A stretch of DNA of 64,000 nt from Azolla caroliniana. Lineage: Eukaryota > Plantae > Polypodiophyta. How positions within the stretch are numbered: the first letter of the stretch is position 1; each line of letters opens with the position of its first letter. The stretch spans positions 8,122,001 through 8,186,000 of the forward strand of contig JBHGNT010000006.1 of the NCBI GenBank assembly GCA_043228905.1, read 5' to 3'. The position numbers were made by a program, and so were the translations under genes. Positions 1 to 15,500 of the stretch are shown piece by piece. The notes below the pieces were generated by a model. It was not told the DNA's origin, did not search any database, and saw only the letters and a list, made by a program, of their open reading frames with translations.

Positions 1-35
1 AGAGGTCGACACTACGACCCCACCTCAGGTTGAGC

Positions 36-376
36 TTGAGGGGGAGTGTTGAGCGGCAAGCTCAACCGGAGCCGGATCGGCTGAATAAGCCGGAGCCGGT
101 AAGCGAGACGGATCGGGCGAAACGGATCGGTATGACGGTGAGCAACCGAACCGGCAAGCAGTGGAGGCCGGGTGCAATCTATAACCGGAAGTCCAATCGG
201 AAGCCTAGTATAGGATAGACTACTAGGTAGCTATAGTCTCGTAGTAAGTGTCAGATGCTCGTGTGAGCATTGAAGTACATGGTACTTCTGTCAGTCCCAA
301 GAGGACTTGTATAAATAGTGCTACTTAGCACAGTGTGTGTACAGAGTCTTGATATAATTTTGAAATTGTGTTCTGC

Positions 377-409
<33 letters not shown>

Positions 410-455
410 GTGTTTTGTTCTCTGTTTTACGCTTCCGCAAACACTTACGTTTACA
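36..455 (+). mobile_element. Ty1/copia polypurine tract plus 3' LTR (family A); rest of the element lies left of the window
   Basis: TTGAGGGGGAG (36-46) is a typical copia PPT. It is followed directly by TGTTGAGCGG at 47. The LTR has a TATAAATA box, a CT tract and a TTCCGC motif, and ends TTACA at 455. Homologous copies occur at 456-853 (-) and 6391-6856 (+). Confidence 0.88.
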
Positions 456-853
456 CGGAAGCGTTAGAAAATAGAGAAAGTAGTGAATACACAGAGTACG
501 CGGGAGAGATAGAGAGAGAAGAACGTAAAAGCTATATTCAAAAACGATATAATTATTATGTACATACAACTATGCTCAGTAGCATTATTTATACAAGTCC
601 TCGTGGGACTGACAAAAGTACCGCGTACTTCAATGCTCACACGAGCATCTGACACTTACTACGAGACTATAATTGCCTAGTAGTCTACACTAATACTAGG
701 CTTCCGGTTACTGATTGGATCCGGCTAACCGGCTCCCCAGCTCACCGGCTCTGTTGCTTGCCGGCTCGGTTGCTCACAGCTTACCGATCCGTCTCGCTTG
801 CCGGCTCATGCTTATTCAGCCGATCCGGCTCTAGTTGAGCTTGCCGCTCAACA
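456..853 (-). mobile_element. Family A copia LTR, inverted, cut near its 3' end by the element at 36-455
   Basis: The reverse complement starts TGTTGAGCGGCAAGCTCAAC at 853 and is colinear with 47-440. It stops at ...ACGCTTCCG (456). It abuts an interrupted RT frame (KFEMKDLNDLH) at 854. Confidence 0.85.
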
Positions 854-4823
<3,970 letters not shown>

Positions 4824-4929
4824 CTCGACAACTACACGGATTACAATAAAGTGTGCTCACACACTTTTTCACACATCGTCATTTTCTTCATAAGCACATG
4901 TTCACACAAGTTGAGCTTGATTCTCAACA

Positions 4930-6250
4930 GTATAATATTCTTCAAACAAGACCTTGATGAAAACGTTATGATGAAGAATCCTAGTCAGAGCTCCAAACCA
5001 TTGTAGCAAAATGTAAAAAGACAAAATAACCATGTTGAAATAATGGATTGGGGCATACAAAATGACCTCTATATTATATACCATAATGCTTTGCTTGAGT
5101 TTTACATTGAATGTGGAAAATAGAGGATGCTTGGTCATTGTTCTTCAGATATTGCACTCAAGATGTGGCCATCATTCACAATTGTTTCAGTTGTTTTGAA
5201 TAATGGTTTTGGATGGATTCAAACAGGACAAATTCATGCTCGTATGCATCATCAACTCATACGCCGATGATGGTTCTGTATATTGTGGAAGGTTAAATGT
5301 GGTAGCTTGTTCTTTCATGATTTTAGGCTACGCTGACAAGGTCATTCAACTATTTAAAGAGATGAAAAAGCATGGGGATATAACTAAATGAAGTGGCTTC
5401 AAATTTAAGACTTCCATTATAGAATATAGTCTCTTGGACCGTACTGATTTCAAGATAGGCTGAAAACAGGTGGGAGGAGGATGCTTTTATATAGCACTTA
5501 TGTATGCATTCGGAATGTATATCTCTGAATGTCATCGCATTGTTTGTCTTGAAAACATGTGGAAGTTTTCGGGTAGTAGAAAAATTATAAGAAGTGCACA
5601 ACCGTATCTAAAAACAGGGTTTGGAACATGAACTCGTAATCACTAATATGCTAATTTATATGTATGCATAATTCCATTTCTTCTTATGAGATGGATGGAG
5701 TCATTGTTCTTCAAATCTTGGATTCAAGATGTGGTTTTCATGTTCGAACACATTTGATTTAAAAGAAGGAAAAGAACTCCATATTGCCATCGCTCAACTA
5801 AGTATCAACTTGGATATGCTCATTGGAAGCACTCTAGTTTATATGTATGCAACATGTGGAAGTTTATCATATGCATATAAACTGTTCGATGGGCTGAGAT
5901 CCCTCAAGGTGGGTGTCAATCACATGGTTGTGCATGAAGGCATGCTCATACATGTTGAAATCATGGATCGAGGCATACAAAATTACCTCTATACCATAAT
6001 GCTTTGCTTGAGTTTTACGTTGAATGTGGAAAATATAGGACGCTTGGTCATTGTAAATGTGGTGGTATATTGGATGCATGTAAAGTTTTTCAAGGATTAG
6101 ATGACCCCAATGTGGTATTTGGATATGTTGAATATGAACATGATGAGAAAGATTGATTTGCTTCGAGCATATGCAAATTCATGGTATGTCTCAGTTATTG
6201 AGGAAGTGCTCAATCAAGTCTATCAAATGAAGGATTCATGGCTAGCCATT
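4930..6250 (+). pseudogene. Heavily degraded PLS-class PPR gene relic
   Basis: Fragments such as DLKEGKELHIAI..DMLIGSTLVYMYATCGSLSYAYKLFDGL, DGFKQDKF and VIQLFKEMK match plant P/L/S PPR motifs. There are many frameshifts and an internal duplication (about 5032-5141 vs 5952-6054). Confidence 0.75.
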
Positions 6251-6390
6251 GTCTTACACAAGGCGGGTTGGGGAAGGATAGTCACTTTCTTTCCATCTAT
6301 TTTGTATTTTGTAGCTGATATGTTTTTTAAAACTAATGGAAGGATATGTTTTCTTGAAAAGAACAAAATAAACAAAATAAAGTGTATGTT

Positions 6391-6712
6391 TGTTGAGCGG
6401 CAAGCTCAACCGGATCCGGATCGGTGACCCGGTGAGCAAGTGAGCTAGAGAGTTGGGGAGTCGATGAGATGGATCTATCAGTAACCGGAAGCCTAGTAGC
6501 AGCTAGACTACTAGGGAGTTAATAGTCTCGTAGTCAGTGCCAGACACTCGAGTGAGCATTGAAGTATGCGGTACTTCTGTCAGTCCTCTCAAGACTTGTA
6601 TAAATAGTGTTGTTGACCACGTTGTATACACGGAGTGTTGATATAATTTTTTAATTTAGATTCTTGTTCTGCCCTCTCTGTCTGTCACGAGTATTCTCTA
6701 TATTCTGTGTAT

Positions 6713-6806
<94 letters not shown>

Positions 6807-6856
6807 TGCTACGCAACCAAGTTGTTGTCTTACGCTTCCGCACATATGCTTCCACA
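6391..6856 (+). mobile_element. Solo LTR of copia family A with 5-bp target site duplication ATGTT
   Basis: Starts TGTTGAGCGGCAAGCTCAAC and ends TCCACA. ATGTT occurs at both 6386-6390 and 6857-6861. Confidence 0.92.
6715..6804. repeat. (CT)n microsatellite inside the solo LTR
   Basis: About 45 CT units visible. Confidence 0.97.
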
Positions 6857-6861
6857 ATGTT

Positions 6862-6971
6862 GTTCAAGTTGGATCCTAAGTTATCATTATGATCAATTTG
6901 GTTGTGGCGTACCCTCTCCCAAGATGGTACGAGTGAGTAGGGATGTCGTATTTAACAAGTCAACATCTTGG
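6862..6971 (+). mobile_element. Copia integrase C-terminal fragment (probable left part of the host element that resumes at 17837)
   Basis: Translates to FKLDPK and VRVSRDVVFNKSTSW, on the same strand as the RT/RNaseH at 17837. Confidence 0.6.
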
Positions 6972-8314
6972 TGCACTTTTAACACCTTACATTTACCCGT
7001 CCTTTTTTTACATTTGTTTCTTTTACAAATCTTCCAAGTGCATGTGCAATGTTGCACATCCCCATTTTATCCATCCCACTTGGTTTTCTCACCATGGCCG
7101 AAAATCCTCATGACATCCACCCCCACCAAACCGCACATCCACCAGTATGTGCCAAGAAAGGGAAAGAGGTGAGATTTTCGGCAATGGTGATTAACCAAGT
7201 TCCACCGCTTCCTCGTTGACCTTGCCCGACTTTGTCTTCCATTTCGAGCATGCGCATCCTTCCCATACGAACCAACATTGCCTCCCGATCCACCGTGTCC
7301 GCCACATGTCCCCAAACCATCGGTTCCGTCCGATCCACCATATACGATGCTCGCACCTTCCTCCCTGGTCGGTCATAATGTCGTTGATCCAGTCGCTCTT
7401 CCTTTGTTTGTCGTGTGTGTCCTCCAATTGGACTCCCGACCACTCCGATTGCATGTTGGATACCATCCCTCACACACCTCATATGTTCCTCCTTCGGCCC
7501 AATCATCTCCTCGTCCCAAGCACCTAGGTGTGCCGTCTCCCTCCGTTTCGCGCTTACTTTCCGTAGGATCTACCCACGCATCGATGTTGACCTCGGAATA
7601 CGTGCTCCTTTTTAGTTCCTCATGTGACCACATTACGCGTTCCCCATTTCGCCCTTGCCCGTGGTGCTCTCTCATGGTAGGGTGTACCTCCATCCCGACA
7701 TCCGCGTCGGGGATCCCCGCTTCGCTGTCCTTAGTGGCTCTCGTTATCGCTTCGTCTTTATGCGCACCCTCTCGGCCCGCTCAGCCCCATCCATCCTTCG
7801 GGATGTCGTGTTTGCTCTTCCCAGTGTGTAGCCCTTCGTTCTCCACGCACCTCCTCCGTTTCCCTAGACACGACCCTCCGCTCATGTTGATCTCGCTCGA
7901 CTCGTTCCGTCGATCTCGGTACCTCGCCGCGCCATCTTTCTTCCCGTACTTGCCTCTCAAAGGCTCGACCCAACCGCTATCGTCGGTCACTCGATGCGGC
8001 TCCTTCGGGTGCATGCTTGTTTCTTGGCCCTCGAGCGACCGTAGTGCATGCTTCATTTTTCGCCCTTCACACGTCGTAGTCTCGACCTCCACGTCGGACT
8101 CTCCCCCCTTCGTTGTAGTCATTCCACACCGGATACATGTTTCGGCATCGTCATCCGCTTCAATCTCCAACTCCTCGCCACCACCTGTCGTCTCTTCGGT
8201 CTTATGTTGGCACTCGGGCGCAACCGTCGTAACCTCCAGCACCAGTGTCGAGGGGTCTCGCCTCTGTCCAGTCCAATCTTCCTCCTTCGCCTTGTCGTCG
8301 TCTTGGTCACCCGC

Positions 8315-8768
8315 TATTAGAGATATTTACTAATGTAAGCAAAGGATAAGGATAAACGATAGATCTAGATAGAGAGGAAAGAGAGAAAGAAGGGTGTTGA
8401 TCCACCTGACCACCCCCGAGCGAAGGGATCGAGACGGACTTGAGCCTCGATCAGCATCCCATACCATCGTCGTGGCATCGAGTCGTACCTGGTGCTGGCG
8501 CGCTCGCTACAAGAGTTGACCCACCACAAGAATAGAGTCTCGACGTAGTCAAAAGATGATGAAATGAGGGTAGCTAGGCCTCTTATTTATAGTGATACCC
8601 AAGGCCCCAAGCAAGTTCACACTTGGCCTAATGGGTTGTCTCAATCCCAAGGATTTAAAGTAATCCTCCCCTTCTTTACACTCTCATTTAACCCTCACAC
8701 TTATCCACGTGTATAGAATACTACGGTAAATTCTCACCACGGGATATTATATGGTCATGCCCGTAACA
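8315..8768 (-). mobile_element. Solo LTR (family B, related to the chromovirus LTR)
   Basis: The reverse complement starts TGTTACGGGC and ends TCTAATA (eroded CA). TSD is CCCGC (8310-8314) vs CCCAC (8769-8773), with CCCGC in the duplicated copy at 8976-8980. It is homologous to 27136-27579 and shares TATAAAT..GAGGC.TAGCTACCCTCAT and GCTCGGGGGTGGTC.GGTGGA with 10317-10787. Confidence 0.85.
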
Positions 8769-9152
8769 CCCACCTTGCCGCCGACACCGTCCGTCTCTCC
8801 GGTCTCATGTGGGCCCTCGTGACCGACCGCCAAAGTCTCAAGAACCGGTGTGAGCAAGGTTCCAACACCACTGCTCGTCATGTCCGTAGCCACCTCCATC
8901 TGGGCATCGTTGTCTGTGGCTACCCCGTCCCCGATCGCACAAGCCACGGGATATTATATGGTCATGCCCGTAACACCCGCCTTGCCGCCGACACCGTCCG
9001 TCTCTCCGGTCTCATGTGGGCCCTCGTGACCGACCTCCAAAGTCTCAAGAACCGGTGTGAGCAAGGTTCCAACACCACTGCTCGTCATGTCCGTAGCCAC
9101 CTCCATCTGGGCATCGTTGTCTGTGGCTACCCCGTCCCCGATCGCACAAGCC
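8737..9152. repeat. 207-bp tandem duplication spanning the solo-LTR/host junction
   Basis: CCACGGGATATTATATGG.. starts at both 8737 and 8944; the copies are near-identical. Confidence 0.95.
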
Positions 9153-9919
9153 TCGATTACGCTTGCTTCCTCCCCGCTCGATGTTTCGGGCAACCGTGTC
9201 TCGAAACTTCCGCCCACTCTCGAAGTGGCACTCCCCGCTCCGAAGTCTCCGGCTTTATCCATGGCCACCCCTTTTCCGCAAGATGAGAGGGTCGCTCGCT
9301 CCGCTCCGTCTCCCATGTCGTCGGCGCACGCTCTTTCGGCCTCCACATAGGCCCCGTCCTCCGTGCGTAAGGAGGCATCTTCCTCCGCGTCCTCCGATCC
9401 TCTTGGACCCAACTCCTTAATAAACCCCTCTTCGGCTTCGATCTTTGACTTCACGATCTCGTACACCTCCCGTATCAATGCTTCTAGGTCGAAATCCTCC
9501 GAACCATTACGCGTTGAGCTCTCTTCCGGTGATAGTGCGTAGTCACTCACCATCCTCTCTTCTCCACCGCTCGCGGGCCGTGTTGTGGTTGACCGCTTCT
9601 CACCGTGTTGTCGGCATACCCACTCCACTTTGAACCAATCATCGGTGAGGTCGTGTGCTCCATGATCATCTTCGAGCTCAAATAAAATGTCCATCCTTTC
9701 CTCCCGATGGACTGTCTTCAAAAATAGGAGGACTTTGTCTGCCCCCACCAATCTCTGATCCCGCTCCGAGAGTTGAGCAAAACGACACTCGAATTTTTGG
9801 AATGCTTCCATCATGCTTCGATGGGCCTTCACCGACGCCACCCATCGATCGAACTCATGCCAACTTCTCCCCTCCGATTTCTTGTACCCGTGTGCCTCCA
9901 ATGAAGCTTCCATCCTCAT
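8954..9919 (-). pseudogene. Gag-like ORF of the non-autonomous element, continuing as acidic low-complexity frames at 7067-8310
   Basis: 321-aa ORF just after the PBS. The N-terminus is helical and gag-like (FECRFAQLSERDQRLVGADKVLLFLK..LEDDHGA..LTDDW), and the tail is E/D/G/T-rich. It is interrupted by a solo LTR. The gag assignment is by resemblance and position only. Confidence 0.55.
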
Positions 9920-11034
9920 CCTCCCTTACCGCCCTTCACGTCGGGTTCACCAAATGTCGCGGAAATCCGCGCGTATGTGTTGGATAGGACGAGACCACGG
10001 GGGTCTTGGACTAGGGAGTAAGAGGAGGGAGAGAAGCTTGGGAGTTCAATCGAGAAGGAAGAGATAGATTAAGATTCAAGAGGATAAGATCTAAACAAGA
10101 CAGATACATTATGCAAAACACCGCATCAATTACAACCATGGCCGTGTAGGCCAAATGTAAACCCTCTAGATAAAACCCTAACCAGATAGGGGAGAAGAAG
10201 AAGATGATGATGAATGAATGAAACCCCTAAAACGAGATCACAAACCCAAAATTCCAAAACCCTAATGGCAACCCAAAGAAACCCAAAAAGTGGAAGCCCC
10301 TCAAAAATAGCCCCTCTGTTATGTACACATAACGTTGGTGAGGGTAGGTCACTAATATTTACATTAGTGAAGGGTATGTTCACTATTATTAAAAAGGGGA
10401 CTAATGATTGGATAGAATGAATGATATGTGCATGCACTATCATGATTTAGACAACCAATGAATAGAGAGCCTTTTAGAAAGGCACATCTATTCAAGGGGC
10501 CTAGGAAAAGGTATAAATATGAGGCTTAGCTACCCTCATAGGGATCACGTCAGAAGGCTGCTGTCGGAGACACCGGTGGTGCGGGCTAGGCTTTCGTCTC
10601 GACGATCGTGTTTATCTCTTCCAAGGTATTAGTCATCCTAATATCCGGCGGTATGGGACGTCGGTGGTAGGTTGGCTATGTCTAGATCATAGCTCGGGGG
10701 TGGTCGGGTGGAACGAGTTCTTCTATCCAATCTATTTTCTTCCTTTTTACTTGATTTGGTCTATTGATTAGTAATAGACTCTTAACAGTGGTATCAGAGC
10801 TTTTACTAACAATTTTTTTGTTGTTTTGATGTTTTTGCGTGTGAGCGAGGGGGATCTAACAAGGCTCGTCATGCTCTTCTCAGGATCAAAACAACACTCT
10901 AAACCCGGTATTCTTCTTTTTTGATCTCTTCTCTTTTTCTATTATGCGTTCTTTATGGTCGAATCAAATTGGTATTACGTTTTATTCTCTTTCTTTCTAC
11001 CTCCTACTACGCTACGATTTTACTTATTATTATG

Positions 11035-11560
11035 CATCGGGCCGAGCGTGTTTGCACTAATCGCACACGCTCAACTCATGGCCTTTTGCATATTGCGATA
11101 TATATCCCACTCTCTCCTCTCTTGAACTCTTACGATAATAATTATTCTTGTGCATTGGGTCGAGCGTGTTTGCTCTAATCGCACACGCTTATCTCATGGC
11201 CGTTTTGCATATGATGTTGAGTATACCACTCTTCCCCTCTATTGAGCCATCACTTGGCCGATTCTAAGGGATGATGTGGCCTTGACGAGGTGTATGTTGC
11301 CTACCTATGCCACTCTACTCTCTATTAAGCCATCAATTGGCCGATTCTATGGGATGTTGTGGCCTTGACAAGGTATATGTAGCTTACATATGCCACTTTC
11401 CTTTTTAATTAGCCATCAATTGGCCGATTCTAAGGGATGATGTGGCCTTGACGAGGTATATGTCACTTACCTATGCCACTTTCCTCTTTAATTAGCCATT
11501 ACTTGGCCGATTCTAGGGATATGTGGTGGTCTTGAGGAGGTGCATGTCAACTACCCTAGG
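11035..11560 (+). repeat. Tandem repeat array in the chromovirus 5' leader (2 longer units plus about 4 x 83-bp units)
   Basis: AGCCAT..TTGGCCGATTCTA recurs at 11245, 11328, 11411 and 11494. GAGCGTGTTTGC.CTAATCGCACACGCT occurs twice upstream. Confidence 0.9.
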
Positions 11561-12550
11561 GTTTCGTATCTTAGGGCATGTTTGATTCCATACACCTAAT
11601 TGTTGATTATTCTAATTAAATTTTAATTTCATAAGTATTGTTTCACTTATATGATTTTCTAGTAATTATTATTTACCCGCCCACAATTAACTATCCTTTT
11701 TCCACTTCCTTTTCATGTATAAAGTATTTACATCGTTTATTTTTAATGTAACCTTTACGTGTAGACTATTTTTTTCGTATGGAGTGGCTTGTTGAACGAT
11801 TTTTTTTCAACGGGTCATCTAGGTTTAACTCTTATCATCAAGCCTTAGAAAACGAGTAAAACCATATGAGTTCCCTTATTGATGTTTTACTCATGGATTT
11901 GAGTATTACATCTTTGCGCACAACACCGTCATCACTTGTATCAATTTGTGGCTTATGTCACAATTGTGCAAGTTATAACAATCATATTGGGATGTATATG
12001 TGCATACCTTGCACTTCCCATTTATTTGTGACATTGTTTTTTTCGTAGGTAACACATGGGTTCTTTTTTTCTTTTCTTTTTTACCCTTGTTTTCGTCACT
12101 ACTTAACTCTTATGAGTAGTGCCTTATTTTATCATCTTATCATCACGTTTGCTTATTGCTCGCAAGACTAGAATATTACTTGTGAGTGCACTTGTTTTTT
12201 CACGTAATACACTTTCTCGACCATAGAATACATGATGGGTTGGCATTAATATAAGGCTATCTAGGAAATTTCATTGATGTAAGAACCATGGTTGAGCCTC
12301 GGGGAGCCGCCATGATTACTCAAGATAGAGATCCGAGAAATACATCTTAGCTATGTTTTCCCCCATGGTTTTTAAAACACCATAGTGTTACCATAGTTAT
12401 CGGATCTCGAATCACATCTCATATGTCTAGAGGGGTAAAGACATGAGATACTTTCTTGGATAAAGTTCTTTCAATCAAAATTTCAAGCATTCATTTTGCT
12501 TGTGTATTTTCTGAACCTCCTTATTTTATTGCATACCCACAGCGTGCATC

Positions 12551-15500
12551 ATGGAACAAGTTTTGAACGCAGTTGGAACGATCTCTCCAAATGAGACCTC
12601 TCAACCCCAATCCGCATCTCGCACACAAGCTGAGATCACTATTGAGCAATTGCTCACTACTACCTTGAATCAATTGGCCGAAATGCCGAAATGAGACAGG
12701 CCAATATGGCATTGGAAAAGAAATTCCAAGAATTAACTATTGAGTCCAAGAAAGAAGGTGAACCTTCCTTCGTAGTCACGCCTTTCAAGGGAGATAAGAA
12801 AGAAAGAACCGAGGAGGCCATTAGCACTTGGCTTGGTCGTTGGGAGTCTCACTTTGAGCTTCATCCCAAGCCCGATGCAGTAAAAATTGGTTATGTCGGT
12901 CGTGAGTTAGGTGGCCGAGCTGCTGCTTGGTGGCGTGGCCTAAGGACCGCAAAAAACTTACCCACAACTTGGGAAGGTTTCGTTGATGTTTTTAAGAAAC
13001 AATTCTTGCAGCCACCTTCTCAAACCGAACAAGCGCAACACTTGCTCACATTGTCTAGTAAGCCATTTACCTCTCTCAAGGATTATGTGCATCACACTCG
13101 GACCCAGATCCAAAAATCGGGACTTACGAGTGAGAAATGGTTTGTCGCTTGTTTTTTGAATGGTATTCCCAATGGGGATTATCATTGGATTGTCCATGAC
13201 AAGGACCCCACAACTTTCGAGGAAGCCGTCAACATTGTGCTGCGATACCATAGGACTTCCAAGAAAGACCACAATAAACCTGAGTTCGCCAAAACTCCGA
13301 ATGTCAAGTTCATTGGGAAACGTAAGCAATCCAGTGACACTCTTGACCGCGACTCAAAGAAACCGAACCTCTTCTGTGCATATTGCAAGAAGAGGGGCCA
13401 CACAAAGGATACCTGTCGTCGTCTTGAGAGGAAGTCAATGAACACCCCTCCTCAAGACAAATCTACGAGTCACACAGGTGAGTCTTTTGATATTGTTGAA
13501 GTTCATACCAATCACTTAAGTTTATGTGAATGCACTTTTCCTTCACATTTACTTGGACCTAATGATTTACTCCGAGCAGTCGGATATATCAATGGAACAC
13601 AAGCACATTTCTTGTTTAATTCCGGTAGTTCTCACAATTTTCTTAATGATCACTTTGTGCAGCAAATGGAGCTCCACATAAACGCAAGTGATCATATCTA
13701 TCAAGTTCACATGGCAAATGGAAACGTTCAATACATCAGTGGCATTGTTTGTCAACTGCCAATTCAAATAGATACTTATTTGGAGAAGCTTGACTTTCAT
13801 GTTATGAAATTACAATCCGCAGATGTCATTTTAGGATATCCTTGGTTTTTTAATAAAAACCCTTCTTTGTCCATTGATTGGGTTAATCACTCAATCACAT
13901 TTGAACTTAATAATTGTAAACATTTTATTCAATGTTCCAAACTTCCTTCTCATTCACTTGTGTCTTCTAAATCTTTAAGTGAGTATTCTAGTTCATTAAT
14001 TTATTCGTGTGTAATTGATCCTGCGGTTCAATTTTATTATTTTAATATTGACGCCACACAATTACCACATTTTGAGCAACGATTACTCGACTCTATTTTA
14101 GAGGATTTTCAAGATTTGTTTCCTACTGAATTACCGCTTACTTTACCACCTAAACGTAATGTGGACCATCAAATTGAACTCATCCCTGGGGCTGCTCCTG
14201 TGAGCATTCCACCTTACCGACTTAGTCGATTAGAAGAGGATGAGATCGCTAAACAACTTAAGGAATACTTGAGTATGGGCCACATTAGGTATAGTAAATC
14301 ACCTTGGGGTGCGCCAGTTCTATTAGTCAAGAAGAAGGAAGGTTCGTGGTGAATTTGTATCAATTATCGCCGTTTGAATAAAATGACAATTAAGAATGCA
14401 TATCCATTACCTCGTGCCGATGATTTGATTGATCGTTTGCACGGGGCTCGATATTTTACGAAAATTGACTTACGAACTGGTTATCATCAGATTCGCATCG
14501 CCGAGGATGATATTCCTAAAACCGCTTTTTGTACGCGCTATGGCCATTATGAGTTTTTAGTCATGCCGTTTGGGTTGACTAATGCTCCAGCCACATTCCA
14601 ACAAGCGATGAATGATGTTTTCCGAGATCAACTCGGTGATTTTGTTGTCGTCTTCTTGGATGATATTTTGATATATAGCCGTACCTTGCAAGATCATGTT
14701 CAACATGTTCGATTTGTTTTGCGAAAGTTGCGTGACAACTCTTTCTATGCAAAACATTCAAAATGTGACTTCTTCCAAAAATCTATTGTGTACCTAGGTC
14801 ATTTAATTACAGAAAATGGCGTTGAAATTGAACCTTCTCATATTGAAAAGGTTAAACTTTGGCCCATTCCTCGTAATATTCGTGAACTTAGATCATTCTT
14901 AGGGTTTGTTGGATTTTTACGAAAATCAATTCGTAACTATTCCAAATTGACTACGCCATTAACTGACCTTTTAAAAGGTCATCCACGTAAGTCTGTCAAA
15001 CCAATTTCATGGAATGAACAACTTGACAAATCATTTGAGACACTCAAGGAGCATGTGTGTCAGGCTCCCACTCTTCTATTACCAGACCCTTCTAAGCCTT
15101 TCTCAATTGAAACCGATGCTAGTGATTATGCTATTGGTGTCGTTCTTTATCAAGGTGGTCACCCTATTGCTTTTGAAAGTAAGAAGCTTGATGCTGCTCA
15201 ATCTCGGTATTCGGTTCAAGAGAAAGAGTTGTTTGCGGTGATACACGCACTTAAAACATGGAGGCACTATCTCTATGGAAATAAATTTGTGGTTACAACA
15301 GACCATCAATCATTAAAGTATTTTTGTGACCAGCCCGATCTTGTTGGTCGTAAAGGCCGTTGGGCTGACCTTATGCAAGATTTTGATTTTTCCATACAAT
15401 ATCGCAAGGGTTCTATGAACACCGTTGCTGATGCTCTTAGTCACATTAAAGAAGTTAACATGCTTAGCTTCACGGAAATAAAATCTGATCTTTTAGATCA

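Noticed and set aside
47-853. MITE or foldback DNA transposon with long TIRs
   Set aside because: The arms are copia LTRs: there is a PPT before 47, and the same sequence occurs as a TSD-flanked solo LTR at 6391.
6651-6892. ER-repeat and LS-repeat ORFs (also 321-652 and 28149-28529)
   Set aside because: Translations of microsatellites.
7278-8333. 351-aa plus-strand ORF
   Set aside because: S/P-rich antisense shadow of the GC-rich minus-strand retroelement frames; no recognisable domain.
11035-11560. Hammerhead ribozyme/retrozyme in the repeat array or LTRs
   Set aside because: No CUGANGA plus GAAA core with suitable stems was found by eye.
14350-14352. Programmed readthrough or U-to-C editing of the TGA between the two gypsy ORFs
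   Set aside because: The stop falls inside RT at a conserved Arg (WR.C.DYR), not at a gag/pol boundary. CGA-to-TGA decay explains it, and reverse editing is known from organelles.
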